From: Eledone cirrhosa
Lineage: Eukaryota
Direction of reading: 5' to 3'
Assembly: GCA_964016885.1 (NCBI GenBank)
Contig: OZ024740.1
Coordinates: 18,476,001 to 18,540,000 of the forward strand
DNA length: 64,000 nt
Shown here: positions 12,787-25,400 of the stretch, piece by piece
How the letters are laid out: the number at the start of each line of letters is the position of its first letter
Position numbering within the stretch: the first letter of the stretch is position 1
Made by a program: the position numbers and the translations under genes
Notes under the pieces: model-generated
Told to the model about the DNA's origin: nothing
Database searches by the model: none
Seen by the model: only the letters and a program-made list of their open reading frames with translations

Positions 12787-13648
12787 TTGGAAATTTATAC
12801 CATGCCTTCGGATCTTTATTTTGATACAAATACTCCGTTTTACATCATCTAGCTGTTCCCATAAATGGAATTGGAGATATACAAAAGCATGGAGAACTTA
12901 ATATTGCTAACAAAAGTTTATTGGACCGTATGACACAACCAATAATACACCTTACTATATATATATATAATATCCCTATATATATATATTAATAATATCC
13001 CTAAATTATGTTTTAGGGCTCTATATAACAGCTTCCCTCCTTCATATATATATAGCAAGATATTCAATAAGCATATTATTAAATTCTCATACTTCACTAC
13101 CTCGAACATTTTAAAAATTATCCCAAGACATAATTCTAAAACATTAAAGAATAACATATATGCATCCAACCATGAGAGTCATAATAATAACACTATAAGG
13201 CCTGACGTCAATGTAAACTCTAGGCAAAATAACATAAATATAAAAACGACGTCAATCGTAACTTTGAGGAATACATCAAATAGTAATGTAAATCTAGAAA
13301 CTTTAGCACCTCCTTTAGTTAATACCACCACTCCAGTTCCTAATATAATTAACCCTGGGCCACTTGCCAATAACACTGTAAATAATGGAAAAGAATGAAA
13401 AGAAATTTCATTTCTCACTCTTAGTACGGCTGATACCTAAATATAAGTATGTATACGTACATACATATATGTGTACAGACGCACAGTAGTATGTATATAT
13501 ATACATACATGTACACATATATATATGCACGTATGGGTTTACCGAACATTTATTATAATGTTCGGTTTGTTTGTAAACAAACAGCCCGAATTACGCCGTA
13601 CAGTGCTCGGCAACCATCGTCGCCCTTTTGTTCAACACTGACACAGGA

Positions 13649-13691
13649 ACGATGTACTAGTTTCAAGCTTATTAGCTATCGTCAGCATCGT
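13649..13691 (-). ncRNA. Minimal type I hammerhead ribozyme, family A
   Basis: Reverse complement acgatgCTGACGAtagctaataagcttGAAActagTAcatcgt. Confidence 0.88.
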
Positions 13692-14074
13692 ACACCTTTC
13701 TGTCAGATGATTGAACGTCTGAAATTATATACTTTCCTTATGCATATTAACGGTTGAGAAGCCTAATTTGCATATCGAGTGAGTTAGTCGGCCGGGTATA
13801 CCGAAAACGATAAATGGAAAAAATGAAACGAAATTTCATTTCTCACTCTTAGTACGGATGATACCTAAATATAAGTATGTATACGTGCATACATATATGT
13901 GTACAGACGCACAGTAGTATGTATATATATACAGACATGTACACATATATATATATATATATGCACGTATGGGTTTACCGAACATTTATTATAATGTTCG
14001 GTTTGTTTGTAAACAAACAGCCCGAATTACGACGTACAGTTCTCGTCGCCCTTTTCTTCAACACTGACACAGGA

Positions 14075-14117
14075 ACGATGTACTAGTTTCAAGCTTATTA
14101 GCTATCGTCAGCATCGT
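14075..14117 (-). ncRNA. Minimal type I hammerhead ribozyme, family A
   Basis: Identical to 13649-13691, 426 bp away. Confidence 0.88.
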
Positions 14118-14884
14118 ATACCTTTCTGTCAGATGATTGAACATCTGAAAGTATACACTTTCCTTATGCATATTAACGGCTGAGCAGCCTAATTTGCATA
14201 TCGAGTGAGTTAGTCGGCCGGGTATACTGAAAACGATAAATGGAAAAAAATGAAACGAAACGAAACGGTAAATAATCTTAATCGTAAATGCAATTGCCCA
14301 TTTAGAATTAATTGTCCTCTTAGTAATCTCTGTCTCGATAAAAACCTAGTATATGAATGTAAAGTGGTAACTAGTACACATACCTATACCTACATTGGCT
14401 CTACTTCTACCTCTTTTAAAGCAAGATTCTATAATCATTCTTCTTCATTTAGGTATCCACTTAAAAGGACCAGCACCGCACTCTCAGAGCTTATTTGGTC
14501 CTTAAAAGACAAAAACATTAATTACGAAATTTCTTGGCGTAAAATCTACAACGCATTTCCATACTCCAATGCTTCCATATCTAGTGTTTGTAATTTATGT
14601 CCAGTTGAAAAATTTGAATTTCAACTCTATAATAAATAGAAGACCAGATTTATTTGGACTTTGTAATCATAAATCCTTCAAGACCTTTCACAAAGTATAT
14701 AGCTAATGTCCTATAACTTTTTCCACGAATAACGGTTAAATTCTTTTTACATATATTTTTTTTTACATATAGATTCTTTTTATAGAAATATATTTTATAT
14801 ATATTTTTACACATATTTCATTATATCCTACAATGTATTAATTTAGTTTTCTCAGCATATTTTATATATATATATATATACATA

Positions 14885-16349
14885 TATTGTTATATTTGGG
14901 GAGGGTCATATTTGCGTAATATTGCCAGAATTAATAACAGAACACACTCACTGTTTGGTTGGTTTTCGCTTCTCGCTGTCTTTTATATATATATATCTGC
15001 GATCTAACTTACTCGGTCCTCAATGTTGCCATTGACTGACCGGCGGTCAAAAATAATACAGATACAATATAGACAAACACATATATATATAGTTTACATA
15101 AATCTTTCGTTGCACATCTGCAACATCGTCAGTGGTGTTATATTCATTGTTCCTCCTGTTGTGTTGTATGTCTACGCCATTTTTTTTTTTTGTTCAGTCT
15201 GTCTATATATTTATTTATTTATTTGCTTGTTTGTTTATCTTATTTTATTTTGTCTTCTTTGCGCATGCGTTTGCGTGTGTGTATAGTGTTATGTGTGATG
15301 TGTGACTAGTGTGTATAGTGTTGTGTCTGCTGGGTGACTAGTGTGTGTTTATGTGCTTGTGTATGTATTTATTTATCTTATTTTATTTAATTTAATTTAC
15401 TTATTTATTTATACTTCTCTTAGGTCAGTGTTGTTTGTTTGGGTGTTGTTGTTGTTCCACTCATTCTTTCTGTTTAGCTTTGGTCTTCTAATTTCTATTT
15501 CACTGGCCTCTCTGATTTGCCTATCTGCTGGGTCATTCCTATGTTTAGATATTATTCTAATTTCTATGTTGTCTATGTTACCGTCATGATGTTGTCTAGC
15601 ATGTTCGTATAGTACTGACCCGTTTTTTCGTCCTTTTAGTTCCCCCCAGTGTTGGTCTATCCTTTCACCTATGCTACGAGCTGTCTCACCTATGTATGTT
15701 GTTGTCGTGTTTCTGCAAGTACCCTCTGTACATCTTATGCTATAGACTACGTTTCTAGTTTTACAGTTTATCCGGGGGTTCACCTTACATATGATACATT
15801 TCCTATTGGTACAGTGGGTTTTCTTAAAAGGGTAGGTTTTGCTGATCAGGGATTTTATGGTGGTTCCTGGCTTTTCTACCACCTTTATTTTTAAGTGGGT
15901 CTTTCTCAGGGCCTTTCTACACTGGTTAGCTAATTTCCCTCCAGGGGTGGCGTCCACAAACATGACACTCTGATATCTCTGGTTGTCGTACCATGATGTG
16001 GCCTTCCCTATCTTATGTCTAGCCCTATCTAAGCTATTCCATGATTTGCTCCTGTATAGTGGGCAAATTCCTTTCATGTCCAGTTCTATGAGGGTCTTAT
16101 ACTTTTCCATGGCTCCTTCGTATACTCTGACTCTGTCTCTTTGGTTGTAGCCAGAGAACTGCATGCGGTTGATGAAGTGTTGGATGTGTCCTTCCATTTC
16201 TGTTGGGTCGCACATGCTGGACACATTCTTCATCACTCGTACCAAATCTGCGATCAGAATATTAAACTTAGCACTACTGGACATTGCTGAGTTTTTGAGT
16301 ATCAGGTATTTGGAGGCCATGGGTTTAGCATAGTGTAATTCATCGCCGC

Positions 16350-16350
<1 letters not shown>
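14885..16350 (-). mobile_element. 5'-truncated Penelope-like element (Nematis-like), RT thumb + GIY-YIG; ORF 15409-16320
   Basis: FVDATPGGKL...C..C..NCKTRNVVYSIRC...YIGETARSIGERIDQH...EHARQHH...PKLNRKNEW; flanked by (TA)n and absent from the left arm of the duplication. Confidence 0.88.
15096..15138 (-). ncRNA. Probable degenerate hammerhead in the PLE pseudo-LTR
   Basis: cacca-CTGACGA-t gttgca gatg tgcaac-GAAA-gatt-TA; core and stem II good, stems I and III weak. Confidence 0.5.
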
Positions 16351-16411
<61 letters not shown>

Positions 16412-16789
16412 TATGTCCCACAAAAGTCTAGAAACGGCTTAAACTATAGATCCTTTGATCTATAGGAAGTTTTAACAATATTGCGTTACCTTTTATAAAG
16501 TCGTTTTACAATGTATGATTTTACAGAACAAAGAAAAGTTGATACTATTTGAAATTAATCTATCCTCCACCTTTTATCCATATACTACTTACAGACCGTA
16601 CTAACGAAGGAACACTTCAGAAGCAATGTTATGTGGAATATTGCTGTGTTTTAGATGACGTCCTTTATAACTGAAAAAGATCATACTGACTATGGTTATT
16701 TCACATTTAAAATCCAAGGCCAATGCTACTATTTAATCGGCAGTTTACTCCCCCAGCCTAATAAGGAAGTTTTATGATTGTTTTTTTTA

Positions 16790-16864
<75 letters not shown>

Positions 16865-16979
16865 CTCCCACACACACATTACGGTCTCACCTCATACCAG
16901 ACAACACATCCAATACAGTCGTTTTCTCTTTTATCCGTCTTCTCTTAACTTTTTTCTCGGGCGAAGTCGAGTACCTCAG

Positions 16980-17035
<56 letters not shown>

Positions 17036-17063
17036 ATCCGAACATGGTTAAAAGAGTTCCAAG

Positions 17064-17134
17064 TATTTTATTATGCGCATTTCAAAAGGAAATATCATCA
17101 TGGGATGATATCTGCGTTCTCATCAAATAAAATA
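17064..17134 (-). ncRNA. Hammerhead family B, C3U core variant
   Basis: Reverse complement tattttat-TTGATGA...GAAA-tgcgca-TA-ataaaata. Confidence 0.55.
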
Positions 17135-17406
17135 GGGAGACATGATATGAAGCTTAAAGAACACTTGTGAATAGTGAAGTTTTAAATCAACATATGAAAA
17201 ATAAATTAAGATTGATGTATGAGATTGGGAAAAAAGTGAGGGGGGTTGGAAAAGGTAAGGAAGAGGAAGAGATGAGAGTAAAGGATGGTGGGGGAGGGGA
17301 GTATAAGAAGGAAGGATGAGAGACATCAATCTTAATTTATTTTTCATATGTTGATTTAAAACTTCACTATTCACAATTGTTTTTTAAGCTTCATATCATG
17401 TCTCCC

Positions 17407-17477
17407 TATTTTATCTGATGAGAACGCAGATATCATCCCATGATGATATTTGTTTTTGAAATGCGCATAATAAAATA
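17407..17477 (+). ncRNA. Type I hammerhead ribozyme, family B (intact)
   Basis: tattttat-CTGATGA-gaacgcagatatcatc ccat gatgatatttgttttt-GAAA-tgcgca-TA-ataaaata; 8-bp stem I, palindromic ATGCGCAT stem III. Confidence 0.85.
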
Positions 17478-17599
17478 CTTGGAACTTATTTAACCATCTT
17501 TTGATCTTATAATATTTATACTCCTGTCCTACAAACTGTAGAGTGCTACTTATCCGATATTTGCATTGCTTTATTGTGCTACAATAAAACTCACCTCCT

Positions 17600-17636
<37 letters not shown>

Positions 17637-17805
17637 ACACGCACACACACACACACGTACACAGACACAGACACACACAGACTCACAGACATACATACAC
17701 ACACACACACACACATTTATATATATACCATATATACCAGCCAACAAAACACTCCTTATACATACATTAACACACATATATGCATATACATACATATATA
17801 TGTGT

Positions 17806-17836
<31 letters not shown>

Positions 17837-17837
17837 C

Positions 17838-17940
<103 letters not shown>

Positions 17941-17978
17941 AGATCTTTATTTTGATATATATATATATATATATATAT

Positions 17979-18920
17979 ATGAAAATAGAGAAATTAATGT
18001 GAGCAAGAAGCCAACAGTAATTCATAATATATAAGTGACTATAACGTCAAAATGGAAAATAATTAAGGTAAGATATGGGAAAATAATTCAAACTCAATTA
18101 AAAAAAATCAAGACAGAGATTTTATCCACAGATTTTGTGAAATCCAGGGAAAAACCAATGGAGTCTTAACTCAGAATAAAATAAAGTTTAAATACTCATC
18201 CTTCAATTTTGAAAAAACTACAAATGCTCTATATAGTCTTAAAAAGACTATTTCACAAAACTTTTCAGTGGGATTAGTCACGGTTGGAGTCGTTCATCAG
18301 TAGAGATCAACACGATAACCAAAATACCCACTGCCAAAATATGCCAGAAAGGGAATTTAAAAGCAGGCTAGTTCACCTCGTGCGGTATTATGAAAATAAA
18401 CACACATGGAGAAACATGGCTGGTGACGTCAGAATGAGACGAATGTCTATTTACAAGAAGCAGCAGTCAAAAACATTCCGAAAAACTCTACAAAATGTAA
18501 AGAGTTCAGCAAAATAGCAATATTATCGCAGTTTAAAAAAAAAAAAAGACCGGGATTAGTCACAAATAATTTTAAGCACTCTAGGAAAAATTCTGAGTAT
18601 AAATATAAATGAAAATAGAGAAATTAATGTGAGCAAGAAGCCAACAGTAATTCATAATATATAAGTAACTATAACGTCAAAATGGAAAATAATTAAGGTA
18701 AGATATGGGAAAATAATTCAAACTCAATTAAAAAAAAATCAAGACAGAGATTTTATCCACAGATTTTATGAAATCCAGGGAAAAAAACCAATAGAGTCTT
18801 AACTCAGAATAAAATAAAGTTTAAATACTCATCCTTCAATTTGGAAAAACTACAAATGCTCTATATAGTCTTAAAAAGACTATTTCAAGAAACTTTTCAG
18901 TGGGATTAGTCACGGTTGGA
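17979..18920. repeat. ~310-bp direct repeats (17979-18288, 18609-18920) around a ~320-bp spacer, in (TA)n; pLTR-like, unclassified
   Basis: Near-identical direct repeats read directly. Confidence 0.8.
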
Positions 18921-19542
18921 ATCGAATATATATATATGTGTGTGAGAAAAACCACAAACCCTCCACATCCCAATTCTACTTTTGAAAAGCAGAAGAACTG
19001 GGAAACCGGTAAAGGAACCAAATAAATATATATTTAAAAAAAAAAGACTCCAGTTGCATTTTCGATTTCATCTTTTTTCCTTATACTTCCACTCGTGTAG
19101 GACACCTCGGTTATTTTTCATTTTGTAAAGAAAAAATCTCACTTTCTAATATATATATATATACATGGCATATTCTTCTTCTTGCTCTTGCTCGATGAGG
19201 CCGGCGTCATCCCAAAGCATCATTGTGCGTAGAGTCGAATATATTGTATGTCGGTGCGTGTATGTGTTTGTATGTGAGTGTTTGAGTGTGTATGTGGGTG
19301 TGTATGTGTGTGTATATGTGTGTGTATGTGTGTGTGTGTATAATTTACTAGATTTATTCTGGGCTATTTTCACACACCATCCTCTACTTTTCATGAGATT
19401 GATCCGACAGCCCTCAATAGATAAGTAGCAGTAAAGATATCTCTACGTATATTTTGTTAACCTTTGCACTTCAACTAATTCAAATATCTCGTTTGGTTTT
19501 CTAAATAATCGAATTCCCTATCGCGTGTAAATAAATGCAGGA

Positions 19543-20072
19543 ACTGGTGCTGTAATACGCCAGCTTCAGCATTCAGTAATCAGAAGAAGGGAGGTAGGTA
19601 TAAAAGCCAAACTCGTTATCTTCAATTCGGTATTTGTTCCAACCCTTACCTATGGCCATGAATCTCGGGTAATAACCGAAAGAATACAATCACGAATATA
19701 AGCGGCCGAAATGGGATTCCTCCGAATAGACTTAGGAGTAACGTTACTCGATTGAGTGTGTAGCTCGGAGATCAGAGAGTCACTCCAGGTAGAACTGCTA
19801 CTTCTCCGAATTGAGAAATCACAGCTCCCACACTATGGGCATGTGGTTAGAATATCTCAGGAAAGAATCGCTGGACATATTTTAAATGCATAACCAACCG
19901 GCAGGAGACCCAAGGGTAGACCCTGAGTAAGATGGTTGGATAACATCGATAAGCTTGTTTGGTCTCGCTTGGGGATCCAGCCAGATCAGTTGTAGACGGT
20001 TGCTTCTGACAGGACCCGCTGGAAGGAGTGTTTGAGGACTTTGCCCCACTACATTCTCAGGAATAAGTGGGC

Positions 20073-20075
<3 letters not shown>
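19543..20075 (+). mobile_element. Degenerate RTE-type LINE 3' fragment with (TA)n tail
   Basis: Homologous to 2870-3371; KAKLVIFNSVFVPTLTYGHES. Confidence 0.85.
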
Positions 20076-20132
<57 letters not shown>

Positions 20133-20910
20133 GGATACTATTTATGGTTATGTATGTATTAAACTTTTTATAGTTATATATATTTTAAACCTTAAACAGT
20201 GAAGGTCAGTAATTTATTACTACCTTATTACCAGTAAGATAAATAGCTCAATGTAATAACATCAGTTGTTCTACAGAGCAGTTATATAGAATTCACAAGA
20301 ATTAAAGCTATGTTCAAAGCATTTATTCACTTACAATTGTTTCATCCAAACCAAGGCTTGGTTTCTTCGGAGCATTTTTCAATGTTTGCACATATAATTG
20401 ACCTCCTTTCCGACGCAAGAGACATACAGATACATATATATATATTGATGTACAGTGGAGTGACATATATTACACTATACTATTTTTGTACAGCAATTCA
20501 AATTCAAGATCAAAATCAAAATCAAAATTAAAATAAAAATCAAAATTAAAATACATTCGGCAGATAAGACAGATAATGCAGGAGGATAGTTTGATAGTCA
20601 GATCTAGTAGGTAGTGTATGCGTTAGTTACACATGGAGCATGCAAGTGTGTCTCATTTTTATACGATTATTGTGTGGCAAGGTGTTACATGTAATGCAAG
20701 CACTTTAAGCGGGTAAGCAAGAGTATTATGGTGGTTGTAGTGGTAGGGTATTTTTAGTATAGATAAAAAAAGTATGTGTGCCGAAAAATAAAAATAAAAA
20801 TAAAAAGAAGAAGCAAAAGAAAGTTATAATTTTTATTTTGATTTTGATCTTGAATTTGAATTGCTGTACAAAAATAGTATAGTGTAATATATGTCTCTCT
20901 CTCTCTCTCA

Positions 20911-20961
<51 letters not shown>

Positions 20962-21470
20962 CGTGGCCTGAATTCCTTTCAGAGTTCATTGTCATGCGCA
21001 TGTATTGTTTTTTTGGCGGTAATTTACTTCCTCATTTTTTTAATCAGTTTGAGCACTTCTTTAGAACTGCTGGACTGATAACCTGACAGATACCTCAGGC
21101 ACAGAGGATGATAATTATCGCTAAATACTGATGTTGGTTAGATTATCAATATTAGTATTATTGGGGCACCCACTGATGAATTATAGGAGCCCACTTGAAT
21201 ATATATCTATTGATGGTATACAAGCTCCTACATAAATTGGTATAATTTCACCCAAATTGTAGGAATCCTATAATGAAACGAGACGTCCGTCTGGGAAGAG
21301 ATATATTAGATATGTCTCATATGAAATAATACAGCCAATTTTCCACGCAATACTTTTAGTTAGCACCCCGAAAACATAATTGGGAATATAATCACTTATT
21401 TCCTAATGTTTGTTGAGTGAGTTGGAATTTGGCCGGAGTATCGCTAAAAAGCTTTCTCCGATATTGTATT

Positions 21471-21534
<64 letters not shown>

Positions 21535-22430
21535 AAATGTGTGTAATCCTTGGTACAGTTAGGTATATTAAGACAGGGGGGAAGAAAAAATGGCTTCACT
21601 TGTGCTTTCAACAAATTTATTTTCTTCACAAAATCCAAAAAGAATTTTTTTCCGGATTAGAAAAAAATTTTTTCTTAGAAAAAATTATTTTATAAATTAA
21701 GTTGTTGGTTGTTGGTTAGGTCTTAGGAGTTCTTGGTTAACGTAGGAGGTATTGTTTCGTTTTTAGAACGACCTTTCACGCTGAGGTGCGCTTGTCAAAC
21801 TGATGTGTATGTGGTGTGTTGTTCTATATATAGGGATTTAACATGTCTGTGGTGTGGTGGGGGTTTCTTTTCTCCCCCTTTTATAAGTGTATGGGTGTAG
21901 GTGTGTTGAAAAAGTGTTAATAGCAGTAATGAGTTGAGACGGTGAGTAGGGTTGGGTGGGGAGAAATGTAGCAAGTGCGGCCTGCCCCGGTCATTCTCGA
22001 AAAATTCCTTTATTCAGGGGAAAAAAGCTTTTAGTATTCCCTTTGTGTTGAGAATGGTCACAGGCAAATCGCACCTGCTAAGTTTGTAAATAATTATTTT
22101 TTTATTTTTTTCTGAAGAATTTTTCTACGTCCATCCCAAAATTAGTCCTTTGTTCAACACACACACATATATGTGCGTATATACGTACATACACACACGG
22201 GCATATGTAGGAATATATAGGCACACACCATCAATCACACACCCATGTACAAATACATCCACATACATACACAAAAACATATAGAGACACATATAAAAAC
22301 ACACATACACATACGTACATACACGAATATGTACTCATACCTCCACATGGGTATATATATATATATATATATACATACATATATACACATACATATACAT
22401 ATACACACATATACACATATATAGACATAT

Positions 22431-22470
<40 letters not shown>

Positions 22471-25400
22471 CATCATCATCATCATCATCACCGTTTTACG
22501 TCCGTTCTTCCACGCTAGCATGGGTTAGACGGGTTGTCCTGTTGTGTGCAGTGTCTGGTCGGCTGACCATGCCTTGCTCATACAGGAACTGATCTGGCTT
22601 GATTTCTCCAGCTGGATGCCCTTCCTAACACCAACCTCATTTACAGTGAGTGCTGGGTGCTTTTTCGTGGCGCCTACACGTCCACTTTACAGTGTGGGCT
22701 GGGTGCTTTTTTGCCGTGGCACCTCCACGACCACCTTGCGGTGGGGGGTGTGGGGGCATATTGTTTATATGCTTCAGCATGTACCCATGGGAGGTCGGGT
22801 ACTCTGTATTACTGCGTGACGCCAGAAGTCACGGTCGTGTGTCATTGTCTTTGAGAGGTGTAATTGGGTAAGGTCGGCTTTTATCACCTCATCCCAGGTC
22901 ATCTTGGGTCTCCCCACTCCGCGGTTTCCATCAACTTCTAGTGCTCTGCACCTTTTTATGCAGCTGTCATCCTTCATACGCATCACATGTCCATACCAGC
23001 GCAACCGCCTCTCCTGCACACAGCATTTGATTCCTCTTATGCTCAGTCTCTCTCTCAATTCATTTATGCTTTGTCGTTCACGTATATTACTGTTACACAT
23101 CCATCGGAGCATGCAGGCTTCGTTTCTCTCTAATCTACGTAAGTCTTCCACCTTCAGCGCCCAGGTCTCACTACCATGCAACATCGCTGTTCGGATACAC
23201 GCATCATACAGTCTGCCTTTCATTCTGAGGGAGAAGCCTTTTGCAGCTAGCAGTGGTAGTAGTTCCCTAAACTTCTTCCATCCCGTTCTTACCCTAGTTA
23301 TTGTACTTTCTGAACACCCACCTCCGTTGCTAATTCGGTCACCTAGGTAGCAGAAGCTGTCTACTGTTTCTACAGGGCCCTCCCAGAGATTGGTGGTACT
23401 TGTTTCCTGTGGCTGTTTGCTGCTTGCTGTTTCAGCACAGCTGCTGCATGTGAATCCTACATTCTTAATTAAGCTTCCTGAGATCCCGCTACATCTCTTG
23501 TGTACCCATTGTTTGCATTTGGGGCAGAGAATGGAGTTCCTACCTACACCTTTCCTACATACTGAGCAAGGCCATTTCCCTGAGGGGATCTGGGTTCTGT
23601 TTTCTCGTCTACTTACAAGGACCTTAGTCTTTGTCATGTTGACTTTGAGACCCTTTCTCTCTAGTCCCTGCTTCCAGGTTTGGAATTTATTCTCTAGTTC
23701 TATCATAGATTCAGCTATGAGTGCGAGGTCATCAGCATACAGGAGTTCCCATGGGCATCGGGTCTTAAATTCCTCCGTTATTGCCTGCAGGACTATGATG
23801 AACAGGAGAGGGCTAAGAACAGAGCTCTGGTGGACCCCAACCTGTACGCTAAATTCCTCGCTATACTCATTGCTAATCCTAACTTTGCTGACTGCTCCCC
23901 TATACATGGCTTGTACCGCTTTCACAAGCTATTCATCTACTCCTAGTTTTCTAAGAGCCCACCAGATTACTGCACGTGGAACTCTGTCAAAGGCTTTCTC
24001 AAGGTCGACAAATGCCAAGTAGAGTGGCTTACTTTTAGCTAGGTACTTTTCCTGTAATTGCCTCACAAGGAAGAGGGCATCAGTGGTGCCTCTTCCTGGT
24101 ACAAACCCAAATTGCATCTCGTCTATATTCACCCGGTCCCTAATCAGCTGTGCTATAACTCTTTCTGTTACTTTCATGACCTGGTCCATCAACTTTATAC
24201 CTCTATAGTTTCCTCCATCTAGTGCGTCGCCTTTGCCTTTGTAGCAGTTGACAATGATGCTACTGCACCAATCTTTTGGTATGGCCCCTTCTAGTATTAC
24301 CTGGTTAACGATACGTGTGGTTATAGTGTGACCTACAGACCCAGATGCCTTCAGCATCTCGGCAGCTATACCCGATGGACCGGTTGCCTTCCCCATCTTC
24401 ATATCTCTGATTGCCTTACTTACTACGCTGCCGCTGACTTGTACTGCTGGTCCCTCTATAGGGTCTACTTGGGGTAGGGTCTCTTCTTCCCATGCATTCT
24501 CCTCATTTAGTAATCTATCATAATGACTCTTCCATGCATCTTTCTTCTCAGCACTTGTGAGGGCAAGCTCACCTTTATCATTCCGGATATACTTCTCTCC
24601 AATGACATCACAACTATCTCTGACACACTGCCTCGCAATCTTGAATACCTCCTGTTTCTGGTCCTCACGTTGTAAAACATGCTTGAATTTTCTATCCTCT
24701 GCTTCCCTCCTAGCTAAGTATACTTGTCGCCTAGCTTCCCTCTTGGTCTCTATGTAATGTACCCCGCTCCCCCCGTTCTTCCATTCTTTCCATGCCTGTC
24801 TCTTGGCCTTGACTGCTTCATCTACCTTATTGTTCCACCACCAAGTCACTCTCCTCCTGCTTGAGGTCTTACTCCAGCCACAGACCTCGTCCGTCGCCTC
24901 TAGTAAATTATTTTTTAGGAACTCCCAGTTCTCTTCTACATTAAATGTCTCTATCTGTTCTTCTTTACTGTCGTAGGCGTTGAGTAAAATATCTTTAAAT
25001 CTGTTACTGGTTGAGGGGACTTTCAGCTTCCAGATCTTTCTTCTCCAGGTTGGCCTCTGTTTCAGGGCTCGTCTAATTCTGACCGTTAGGTCGCTGACAA
25101 CTAAGCTATGTTGGGATGTACATTCCTCACTAGGGAAGGCTTTTGTGTTTACGACCGTCCATCTGTCACGTCCTCTGATGAGGATAAAATCTAACTGACT
25201 AGAGTGCTCCCCTGATCTATAGGTGATCAGGTGGTTGTCGGGTTTTTTAAAGTTTGTGCTACATATCGACATGTCATTGGCGTCGCAGAATTCTAGAAGT
25301 CTGAATCCTTCCTCATTCCTTGTGCCAACTCCATGGCCTCCATGTACTCTATTGAAGCCGTCTCAGTGTTTACCTACGTGTCCGTTAAAATCTCCTGCGA

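Larger units (their letters stand above)
13387..14267 (-). mobile_element. Tandem dimer of ~427-bp hammerhead-bearing non-coding unit (retrozyme-like)
   Basis: Unit starts at 13387 and 13816, with a partial third at 14242; GTAAATAAT is duplicated at 13378-13386 and 14268-14276. Confidence 0.8.
12985..14700 (+). pseudogene. Penelope-like element C-terminal remnant (Hydra-clade-like), interrupted at 13387-14267
   Basis: Frame NIPKLCFRALYNSFPPSYIYSKIFNKHIIKFSYFTTSNILKIIPRHNSK, an Asn-rich linker, then a GIY-YIG domain with CxCx5C and C-terminal CxxC (14268-14639). Clade assignment is from recalled motifs only. Confidence 0.7.

Noticed and set aside
21000-21470. Possible decayed coding sequence (also 32650-33030, 49530-50500)
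   Set aside because: No recognisable motif or sustained open frame.
25363-25365. In-frame TGA as selenocysteine or readthrough (also 30897-30899)
   Set aside because: No SECIS identified and both elements carry other disabling lesions; simple point mutations suffice.
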